A stretch of DNA of 64,000 nt from Bacteroidales bacterium UBA1215. GTDB taxonomy: Bacteria; Bacteroidota; Bacteroidia; Bacteroidales; WCHB1-69. The notes below the pieces were generated by a model. The model saw only the letters and a list, made by a program, of their open reading frames with translations. It searched no databases and was not told where the DNA came from. Location: NCBI GenBank assembly GCA_002309475.1, contig DBXJ01000034.1, forward strand, positions 5,741 through 69,740, read 5' to 3'. Positions 27,901 to 34,537 of the stretch are shown piece after piece; within the stretch, counting starts at the first letter, position 1, and the number at the start of each line of letters is the position of its first letter. The position numbers and the translations under genes are program-made.

Positions 27901-29893
27901 TTAAGGTACGCCATGTACCTGGAGCATTTGTAGTTTGTGTTTTGGAATTATAAATAGCATTATACACGCCCCAATCATAATTGGTATTTGAAATACTACT
28001 ACTTCCATTACCATAAAGTGTATCTATAGGAATAGCCATATAAGGATATTTATTATTATACCCACTGGTGCCCCAGCCAAACAAATCTATCCATCCGGTA
28101 TAGGTAGAATAAATGTTCATGTTATCGGCACCAATTGTATCCCACTGATTAGGAGCAAAACGCCATGTGCCTGCCGCCGTTAGATTGTCTGCTATTGTAT
28201 GAGTAGTGAGAGTATCTCCTCCATTAGTGGGACTCCATTGAAGATTTCCGGGTGAAAAATACACATATTTACCATTACCAACGGAAAATGATTTATCTAA
28301 CACTGCGATAAAACTAATTTGATTTCCATATGCCGTATCAAAGGCGTTGATAGCATAAGCACGAACATAATATATCTTACCTAATTCAAGTCCTACTAAA
28401 TGGCTAGTAAAACTTCCAATCCCTGACCCATCAATAGTGTGATTATCATTAATAGTTGGATATTGTGAAGTACTCCAGCACACACCTCGTGCTGTAACCA
28501 TAGTTCCTCCATCTGAACTTATCTTACCTCCGCAAATAGCAGAATTTTCAGTTACATTACTTACATCTATGGTAGTAAGTATCGGAATTGTAGTATTTGC
28601 AGTAAACGACACTTGGTTGCCGTATGCTGTTCCAGCAGCATTGGTAGCGTAAGCTCGAACATAATAAGTAGTATTCTTTGTTAAGCCGGTAAGATTGCTT
28701 GTAAAACTACCCGTACCGGAACCATTAGTCGTGTGATTATCATTAATAGTTGGATTTTGTGAAGTACTCCAGCACACACCTCGTGCTGTAACTTGTGCGC
28801 CTCCATCGGATGTGATATTTCCTCCGCTTGTTGCTGAACTATCCGTTATATTGCTTGCCGTAAAGGTATTTATTGTTGGTAATGTTGCCGGTATTGCCGT
28901 AACAAAGACTATCTCATTACCAAAGGCCGTTCCTACACTATTGGTAGCATACGCTCGAACATAATACGTAGTATTACCAGTTAAGTTGGTAATATTACTT
29001 GTAAAATTACCTATACCACTGCCATCTGTTGTGTGATTCCCGTTGATAGTAGGATTATGAGACGTACCCCAACATACTCCTCGTGCTGTTACTTGTGAGC
29101 CTCCATCAGATGTGATATTGCCTCCACTAACAACAGATGTTTCGGTTATATTGCTTGCCGTAATAGTACTTAGTTTTGGTAAAGTAGTTGGTTGTGTAGC
29201 ATTGAATTTTAAACTAAATGTTTGTGTATTGCCTTGTGCTTGCGTAATACGTTGGCTTTCTTCCATATTACCATTAATAGTAGCATATCCTACATATTCC
29301 ATCATATCTCCATAGCTAAATGGTTGCGAGGATTGCCGTTTTTGAATTTTGGAGGTTTGTTCCTCTGAAAGCGGCAAGGTACTTCTAAACTTTATATAAT
29401 TATCCCCGGAATGCCCTACATTAACGAGTTTTTGTACCATACGCCCTTCTAAGGTGTTTACCACCAAGAAATAAACTTGTGGTTTCTGGAAACCTATGTC
29501 AAAATGATTGATTCCGGCTTCTAATTGCGAACTAAACTCCATCACTCGCTGACCGGTTATATTATACACAGCCATATACACTTCCTCACTTTGTGGTATC
29601 GTAAGCAATACCGAACTTGTACCATTGAAAGGATTGGGATACGAAAAAAGCCCTATTCCCTGTTCTTGAACATCGGAAATGCCTGTTTTATTGGTAAGTG
29701 TGAGTACCGTATCCGGCCAATAAATTGTTTCTTGCCAACTTTTGGTTAAATTAGTAACAACCACTTTGTTGAGTTGTACATATCTATTGGTTGCATCTCT
29801 ACCTGTAAAAGTAAGTGACACTGTCTGTGCTGATACAGTTGCTATGCTACATAAACAACCTAAAATAAATGTCAAAAAATTTATCTTTTTCAT
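24914..29893 (-). CDS. giant modular secreted/surface protein: N-terminal T9SS-sorting-domain-like module, 6 Fn3/Ig-like repeats, 3 FISUMP/DUF1566-like lectin-fold modules
   Basis: 1659 aa. Domain map in aa: signal 1-22 (VSA-Q; alternative lipobox ILGC at 10-13); beta domain 23-78; CTD-like 81-160; linker 161-236; ~95-aa repeats at 238-333, 338-432, 436-531, 814-908, 1189-1283 and 1289-1383; ~265-aa lectin-like modules at 535-805, 914-1181 and 1391-1656. Confidence 0.85.
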   Translation of the reverse strand: MKKINFLTFILGCLCSIATVSAQTVSLTFTGRDATNRYVQLNKVVVTNLTKSWQETIYWPDTVLTLTNKTGISDVQEQGIGLFSYPNPFNGTSSVLLTIPQSEEVYMAVYNITGQRVMEFSSQLEAGINHFDIGFQKPQVYFLVVNTLEGRMVQKLVNVGHSGDNYIKFRSTLPLSEEQTSKIQKRQSSQPFSYGDMMEYVGYATINGNMEESQRITQAQGNTQTFSLKFNATQPTTLPKLSTITASNITETSVVSGGNITSDGGSQVTARGVCWGTSHNPTINGNHTTDGSGIGNFTSNITNLTGNTTYYVRAYATNSVGTAFGNEIVFVTAIPATLPTINTFTASNITDSSATSGGNITSDGGAQVTARGVCWSTSQNPTINDNHTTNGSGTGSFTSNLTGLTKNTTYYVRAYATNAAGTAYGNQVSFTANTTIPILTTIDVSNVTENSAICGGKISSDGGTMVTARGVCWSTSQYPTINDNHTIDGSGIGSFTSHLVGLELGKIYYVRAYAINAFDTAYGNQISFIAVLDKSFSVGNGKYVYFSPGNLQWSPTNGGDTLTTHTIADNLTAAGTWRFAPNQWDTIGADNMNIYSTYTGWIDLFGWGTSGYNNKYPYMAIPIDTLYGNGSSSISNTNYDWGVYNAIYNSKTQTTNAPGTWRTLKGWVDEYGDEWGYLLSTRNTLSGIRYAKAVVNGVNGLIIVPDNWSNSIYALDSTNIKSATFISNVINALDWVKLDSAGCVFLPAAGRRNSWDSVIYIGSSGVYWSARNVTETGASYIGFSNQSVGWGSRWRRYGLSVRLVHDINKPIRNLPVVNTIIASNITGSSAVCGGYITSDGGAMVTTRGICWSTSPNPTINDYHTSNGSDTGNFVGYLTNLYGYTKYYVRAYATNAGGTAYGNQVEFITLPTPNLLFSVTDTQKVLFSSGNLQWSVTNGGNTATTHAVVGNGTATGTWRFAPNQWDTIGVNNRRLIDTSYTGWIDLFYWGSSGYNNNNPNGGTISNYGNGSNDISGTNYDWGVYNAIYNSKTNHTDAPGTWRTLTKDEWNYLLNTRTTSSGIRYAKAVVNGVRGLIIVPDTCYLSSNKFSMPNTLNAPYSSNTIKGLDWLYMERSGCVFLPAAGDRSGTSTFHVNYTGFYWSANMSIINNKYAYELKFDSISVNPLYSYYTDLGLSVRLVQDVSNLVQNLPVINTIVASNITDSSAVSGGNIISDGGSMVTTRGICWSTSPNPTINDNHTNNGLDTGSFTSNLTGLTSNTTYYVRAYATNAAGITYGNQVTFTTKANITIPILTTIVVSNITDSSAVSGGIITSNGGAVVIARGICWDTLPNPTINSNHTSDSSGIGSFTSNITRLKSGTTYYVRAYATNAAGTAYGNQDTFTTPATQSNAQFSVSATQKVLFSPGNLQWSAKNGGTTATTHVVAGNGTAAGTWRFAPQQWDTIGTNNSNIDSSYSGWIDLFGWGTSGYNNKYPYTTSTNYSDYGNGSINISGTNYDWGVYNAIYNPKTNTTDAPGTWRTLTQNEWAYLLNTRSTISGIRYAKATINGVEGLIIVPDDWSTSIYLLNNPNTQNALHTSNIINVNDWAKMDAAGCVFLPSAGNRKRVSINAAGPGGYYWSSTCYNSDYAYYLTFGSYDLNPSITLNRYFGLSIRLVRNVNQ

Positions 29894-29898
29894 ATCTT
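29232..29898 (-). repeat. 667-bp near-identical 5' module, copy 1 (pairs with 32217..32883)
   Basis: Constant offset of 2985 nt with no indels and roughly 40 substitutions by eye. The encoded residues 1-221 differ at 9 positions. Confidence 0.85.
29414..29653 (-). other. T9SS type-A sorting-domain-like segment (aa 81-160) in an N-terminal position
   Basis: LFSYPNPFNGTSSVLLTIPQSEEVYMAVYNITGQRVMEFSSQLEAGINHFDIGFQKPQVYFLVVNTLEGRMVQKLVNVG. Confidence 0.65.
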
Positions 29899-29944
29899 TT
29901 ACCTAAAATTCAATGTTATAGTATTTATTAGAAACCTTTATTTT

Positions 29945-32878
29945 TTATTGCACATTCTTCACAAGACGGACAGAGTGACCAATGTAGCAATCCACAATAA
30001 CCGATGGATTTAAAGAATACCTAGAAATAGATAAATAATAAGCCTCACCGCTTGTGAAATTTGTAGTTGACCAATAGTAGGCAGAAAAAAAGACATCATA
30101 AACTGAAGTTCCAATACGATAGCCGGTAGAAGGCAGAAAGACACAACCCGCATTCTCCATTGTTGTCCAATCTGCATTACTAATAATATTAGATGCATAA
30201 GTCGCACTTGGTGTATTAGTACTATCCAATGCATGGATAGAGGTACTCCAATTGTCAGGAACAATAATTAAACCACCTTTTCCCCATACTGTAGCTTTCG
30301 CATAACGTAATCCGGATAAAGTAGTACGAGTATTCAACAAATACGTCCATTCATCTTTGGTTAATGTACGCCATGTGCCCGGAGCATCAGTGGTATTGGT
30401 TTTAGGATTATAAATAGCATTATACACTCCCCAATCATAATTAGTACCTGCAATATTGTTATTGCCATTTCCATAATCTGTTCCTGTAATACTAGTCATA
30501 TATGGATATTTATTATTATATCCGCTGGTACCCCAACCAAACAAGTCTATCCATCCGGTATCGGTGGAAGATATGCTACTATTGGTAGATCCTATTTTAT
30601 CCCATTGATTAGGGGCAAAACGCCATGTTCCGGCTGCAGTACCATTGCCTGCTACTATATGAGTGGTGGCAGTATTGCCTCCATTGGTGGCACTCCATTG
30701 TAAGTTGCCGGGAGAAAATAAAACCTTTTGTGTGGCAGAAACTGAAAATTGTGTATCAGACTTCACTCCTGTAGTAGAAAACGTCACTTGATTGCCGTAA
30801 GCTGTACCTGCTGCATTGGTAGCATAGGCTCGAACATAATAAGTAGTATTACTTGTTAAGCCCGTAAGATTGCTTGTAAAACTTCCAGCACCGGAACCAT
30901 TAGTTGTGTGATTAGTATTGATAGTAGGATTAGGAGAGGTACTCCAACATACTCCCCGAACTACAACCGAAGAACCTCCATTTGAAGTGATATTGCCACC
31001 ACTTACGGCTGTACTATCGGTTATATTGCTCACTCTTATAGTATTGACTATAGGCAATATGGCAACATTCCGAACAAGGCGGACAGAAAGACCGTAGCAG
31101 TGGTTGCGGTCCCACGAGGGACCTAGACCGCTCGAATCGAAGGACAAAACGTACGCGTGACCTCTATCGTAGTACGTAGCCGACCAGTAGGTGCCGTCAT
31201 CAACGACATATTTGACCGAAGTCCCAATACGGTTGCCGGCAGCAGGCAGGAAGACACAACCTACATTTTCCATTTTAGCCCAGTCAGTTGCACCAATAAT
31301 ATTGGATGTATATGCCGCACTTGCTGTATTCACGTTTGTTAATGGATAATAAGTATTACTACAATTATCCGGAACAATGATTAAACCCACAATTCCACAT
31401 ACTGTAGCTTTAGCATATCGTATGCTAGATAAGGTAGGACGAGTATTTAACAAATAAACCAATTCGTCTTTTGTCAATGTACGCCAAGTACCTGGTGCAT
31501 CGGTGGTACTAGTTTTAGGATTATAAATAGCATTATAAACGCCCCAATCATAATAAGTGCCTGAAATATTGTTGCTCCCATTGCCATAATCTCTGTATGA
31601 GGTACTTGTCATATACGGAAATTTTTGATTATATCCGCTGGTGCCCCAACCAAACAAGTCTATCCAACCGGTATAGGTAGAGGAAATATTTCCATTGTTT
31701 GCCCCGATGGTATCCCATTGGTGTGGAGCAAAACGCCATGTACCTGCAGCAGTGCCATTGCCTGCCACTATATGGGTGGTAGCGGTATTGCCCCCATTGG
31801 TGGCACTCCATTGCAAATTTCCGGGAGAAAATATTACAGAATCGGTAGCACTAACAGAAAATACGGGAGAATTAATTTTTGCATCTGTGGTAAATGTAAC
31901 TTGGTTACCATACGCTGTACCAGCAGAATTGGTAGCGTATGCACGTAAGTAATAGGTTGTTCCTGCTGTAAGTCCGGTCATATTACTTGTAAAACTGCCT
32001 GTATCTAAACCATCGGTTGTATGATTATTGCTAATGGTGGGATTAGACGTTGTATCCCAACAAATACCGCGGGCTGTTACCGAAGATCCTCCATCGGATG
32101 TAATATGGCCTCCACTAACTGCCGATGTGGTAGTAATATTACTGGCTGTGAATGTATTTAATGTTGGTAATATTGCCTTTGTTACATCAAATTGTAAAAT
32201 AAATGTTTGTGATGTTCCTTGTGCCTGCGTAATACGTTGGCTTTCTTCCATATTACCATTAATAGTAGCATATCCCATATATTCCATCATATCTCCATAA
32301 CTAAATGGTTGCGAGGATTGCCGTTTTTGAATTTTGGAGGTTTGTTCCTCTGAAAGCGGCAAGGTACTTCTAAACTTTATATAATTATCCCCGGAATGCC
32401 CTACATTAACGAGTCTTTGTACCATACGCCCTTCTAAGGTGTTTACCACCAAGAAATAAACTTGTGGTTTCTGGAAACCTATGTCAAAATGATTGATCCC
32501 GGCTTCTAATTGCGAACTAAACTCCATTACTCGCTGACCTGTAATATTATACACAGCCATATACACTTCCTCACTTTGTGGTATCGTAAGCAATACCGAA
32601 CTTGTACCATTGAAAGGATTGGGATATGAAAAAAGACCTATCTCCTGTTCTTGAACATCGGAAATACCTGTTTTATTGGTAAGTGTGAGTACTGTATCCG
32701 GCCAGTAAATTGTTTCTTGCCAACTTTTGGTTAAATTGGTAATTGTTATGCTATCCAATTGCACATAATTATTGGTAGCATCTCTACCTGTAAATGTAAG
32801 TGATACTGTCTGTGCTGATACAGTTGCTATACTGCATAAACAACCTAAAATAAATGTTAAAAAATTTATCTTTTTCAT
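29945..32878 (-). CDS. giant modular secreted/surface protein, paralog: same N-terminal module, 2 Fn3/Ig-like repeats, 2 lectin-fold modules
   Basis: 977 aa. Domain map in aa: signal 1-22; CTD-like 81-160; repeats 237-331 and 608-702; lectin-like modules 339-604 and 710-975. Only 51 nt separate it from the downstream 1659-aa gene. Confidence 0.85.
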   Translation of the reverse strand: MKKINFLTFILGCLCSIATVSAQTVSLTFTGRDATNNYVQLDSITITNLTKSWQETIYWPDTVLTLTNKTGISDVQEQEIGLFSYPNPFNGTSSVLLTIPQSEEVYMAVYNITGQRVMEFSSQLEAGINHFDIGFQKPQVYFLVVNTLEGRMVQRLVNVGHSGDNYIKFRSTLPLSEEQTSKIQKRQSSQPFSYGDMMEYMGYATINGNMEESQRITQAQGTSQTFILQFDVTKAILPTLNTFTASNITTTSAVSGGHITSDGGSSVTARGICWDTTSNPTISNNHTTDGLDTGSFTSNMTGLTAGTTYYLRAYATNSAGTAYGNQVTFTTDAKINSPVFSVSATDSVIFSPGNLQWSATNGGNTATTHIVAGNGTAAGTWRFAPHQWDTIGANNGNISSTYTGWIDLFGWGTSGYNQKFPYMTSTSYRDYGNGSNNISGTYYDWGVYNAIYNPKTSTTDAPGTWRTLTKDELVYLLNTRPTLSSIRYAKATVCGIVGLIIVPDNCSNTYYPLTNVNTASAAYTSNIIGATDWAKMENVGCVFLPAAGNRIGTSVKYVVDDGTYWSATYYDRGHAYVLSFDSSGLGPSWDRNHCYGLSVRLVRNVAILPIVNTIRVSNITDSTAVSGGNITSNGGSSVVVRGVCWSTSPNPTINTNHTTNGSGAGSFTSNLTGLTSNTTYYVRAYATNAAGTAYGNQVTFSTTGVKSDTQFSVSATQKVLFSPGNLQWSATNGGNTATTHIVAGNGTAAGTWRFAPNQWDKIGSTNSSISSTDTGWIDLFGWGTSGYNNKYPYMTSITGTDYGNGNNNIAGTNYDWGVYNAIYNPKTNTTDAPGTWRTLTKDEWTYLLNTRTTLSGLRYAKATVWGKGGLIIVPDNWSTSIHALDSTNTPSATYASNIISNADWTTMENAGCVFLPSTGYRIGTSVYDVFFSAYYWSTTNFTSGEAYYLSISRYSLNPSVIVDCYIGHSVRLVKNVQ

Positions 32879-32883
32879 ATCTT
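32217..32883 (-). repeat. 667-bp near-identical 5' module, copy 2
   Basis: See 29232..29898. Confidence 0.85.
32399..32638 (-). other. T9SS type-A sorting-domain-like segment (aa 81-160) in an N-terminal position, second copy
   Basis: Same sequence as copy 1 except K155R. Confidence 0.65.
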
Positions 32884-32976
32884 ATAATGTTTATTCTATC
32901 AATACAATAACTAAAAATTTTATTTTTTTGTTAAATTTTTAAAATTCTCATTTTCAGCATTATATCTTCTCAAAAA

Positions 32977-32999
32977 TCTAAAGTTATTCTATACCAAAT
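32977..32999. repeat. degenerate solo copy of the IS1595 right end
   Basis: tctaaagttattctataccaaat versus tctaaagttgtcctgaaccaaat (24325..24347): 19/23 identical, same orientation. Confidence 0.5.
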
Positions 33000-33016
33000 A
33001 TAATACTATAAAAGTG

Positions 33017-33024
33017 CAAAGATA
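33017..33024 (-). promoter_or_regulatory. -7 promoter box for the giant-gene operon
   Basis: caaagata is the revcomp of TATCTTTG. It is the only such box upstream of 32878 and leaves a ~135-nt leader. No box is present in the 51-nt gap before the second gene. Confidence 0.45.
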
Positions 33025-33078
33025 GCATTTTTTCTTCATTTTATAAACTCTAACCTGAACTTTTTAAAAATCAAATTG

Positions 33079-33140
33079 ATTTTTTCTTAAAAAATTATTT
33101 TCTAATTCAAATTTTTGTTGTACTTTTGCAAGCTGAAAAT
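33079..33140 (+). repeat. cassette spacer copy C (promoter module upstream of abiEi)
   Basis: 33104..33140 is 34/37 identical to 34501..34537. The spacing from the attttctt-like start to the -7 box is 42 nt in both copies. Confidence 0.7.
33121..33128 (+). promoter_or_regulatory. -7 promoter box for the abiE operon
   Basis: TACTTTTG lies 40 nt upstream of the ATG at 33169. Confidence 0.55.
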
Positions 33141-33165
33141 ACAAAATTTTTGTATATACAGCTTG
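33129..33165. promoter_or_regulatory. nested palindrome between promoter and abiEi start (candidate AbiEi operator)
   Basis: Outer arms caagctg/cagcttg (33129-35 and 33159-65). Inner palindrome atacaaaa-t-ttttgtat at 33139..33155. Confidence 0.45.
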
Positions 33166-33168
33166 CTT

Positions 33169-33729
33169 ATGAATATTTTGAATATCCTATTATCCAGTTC
33201 ACGGACGGTGTTTACCCCTCAATGGTTAGCCATGACATGTGAAGAAAAAGAACGGCAGTCATTACGACGTTCTCTTATTTACTATGCCAAAAAAGGAGCC
33301 CTGCTAAATCCGCGAAAGGGCATTTATACCAAACCGGCATACAATGAACAAGAAATGGCTTGTGCATTGCTAAAACCGTCTTATATCTCTCTTGAGTACG
33401 TGTTGGCACGTGCCGGTGTAACGTTTCAATACAGTTCGGATATTACCTGCATCAGCTACCAAAACCGCATTATCGAAGTGGATAAACGTTCCTATGTATT
33501 CCGGCAAATCAATCCCAAAATATGGATGAACATGGCGGGCATTGAACAGCACGACAATATTGCCATTGCCACACCGGAGCGAGCTTTTCTGGATATGCTC
33601 TACCTCAGTAGCGGACAATGCTATTTCGACAATCTGCATCCCTTAAAAAAGAATCTTATCCGACAAATTTTGCCGGTTTACAATTCTCCGACATTAACCA
33701 AACGCGTAGAAATGCTTTTAAATCAATAA
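33169..33729 (+). CDS. type IV toxin-antitoxin system AbiEi-family antitoxin (transcriptional regulator)
   Basis: N-terminal wHTH-like ..SRTVFTPQWLAMTCEEKERQSLRRSLIYYAKKGALLNPRKGIYTKP.. resembles the AbiEi_4 pattern. Sits 3 nt upstream of an AbiEii gene. Start corrected from 33115, which reads through the promoter. Confidence 0.7.
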   Translation: MNILNILLSSSRTVFTPQWLAMTCEEKERQSLRRSLIYYAKKGALLNPRKGIYTKPAYNEQEMACALLKPSYISLEYVLARAGVTFQYSSDITCISYQNRIIEVDKRSYVFRQINPKIWMNMAGIEQHDNIAIATPERAFLDMLYLSSGQCYFDNLHPLKKNLIRQILPVYNSPTLTKRVEMLLNQ

Positions 33730-33732
33730 ACT

Positions 33733-34425
33733 ATGGATATCAACAAACACCGCTATTACTTGACACAATTACTGCTGGCGATATTTCGTCATCCTGAATT
33801 ATGCAAACTGCTGGCATTCAAAGGAGGCACCTCGCTAATGCTCTTCCATGGCTTGACGCGATTTTCTACCGATTTGGATTTTACCTTGTTAGATGCTACA
33901 AAATCAAAATATGTATATAAAGAATTACATCGTTTGCTGCTGAAATTCGGCACTATTGACGATGAAGCTATGAAATTTTATGGTCTGATTCTGGTGCTCA
34001 ACTACGGCAAGGACGAACGGATGTTGAAAGTGGAAGTCAGCAATCGCGAATATCCCAACCACTATGAAATTCGCTCACTACTCGGCACGGATATTCGTGT
34101 TATGACACTACCGGACATGTTTGCACATAAACTATGTGCATTAGGCGAACGAATTACTCCACGCGACATCTACGATGTATGGTTTTTCTTGCAAAAACGC
34201 ACAGCGATTAACGAAGAGATTGTCCGCATGCGTACCAATATGTCCGTCAGCGAGTATGCACAACAATGTGCAAAAAAAGTGCGAGAATATAGTTCCCGAA
34301 TACTGATGCAAGGAATCGGAGATGTTCTCATGGACAATCAATCCAAGAATTTCGCCCGCAAGCAACTTATCCCCGAAACCGCCTCCGCATTGGAACTATT
34401 CGCCACATATCCTTTACTGGCTTAA
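33733..34425 (+). CDS. AbiEii/AbiGii-family nucleotidyltransferase toxin
   Basis: KGGTSLMLFHGLTRFSTDLDF is the nucleotidyltransferase hG[GS]x9-13DxD motif in the DUF1814/AbiEii context; 230 aa. Confidence 0.8.
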   Translation: MDINKHRYYLTQLLLAIFRHPELCKLLAFKGGTSLMLFHGLTRFSTDLDFTLLDATKSKYVYKELHRLLLKFGTIDDEAMKFYGLILVLNYGKDERMLKVEVSNREYPNHYEIRSLLGTDIRVMTLPDMFAHKLCALGERITPRDIYDVWFFLQKRTAINEEIVRMRTNMSVSEYAQQCAKKVREYSSRILMQGIGDVLMDNQSKNFARKQLIPETASALELFATYPLLA

Positions 34426-34517
34426 CATTTTTCGCGACATTACCTCCAAGAGCATTTCAAATGTAATTTATTTGCATTTTCTTGCCCTAAATCTTTGTTT
34501 ATTTCAAAATTTTGTTG

Positions 34518-34525
34518 TACTTTTG
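34518..34525 (+). promoter_or_regulatory. -7 promoter box for the ATPase gene
   Basis: TACTTTTG within the shared module ttttgttgtacttttgcaag. Confidence 0.55.
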
Positions 34526-34537
34526 CAAGTTGAAAAT

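Noticed and set aside
25627-32300. Many 60-107-aa ORFs antisense or out of frame within the giant genes (e.g. 25836..26063, 25880..26131, 31625..31948, 31695..31952, 32028..32300, 29112..29315).
   Set aside because: They sit entirely inside long, repeat-structured, clearly coding minus-strand frames. They recur only because the underlying DNA is repeated. None has a promoter box or recognisable protein features.
24914-32878. Could the periodic repeats in 24.9-32.9 kb be a CRISPR array or a non-coding satellite?
   Set aside because: The repeat units are ~285 and ~800 nt, imperfect, and lie in one uninterrupted reading frame per gene. There are no short identical repeats with unique spacers and no cas genes.
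24914-32878. Is there an active diversity-generating retroelement acting on the lectin-fold modules?
   Set aside because: No reverse-transcriptase ORF and no non-coding template repeat near-identical to any variable segment exist in the window. Differences between copies are not confined to adenine-derived positions. Kept only as a pattern worth a genome-wide check.
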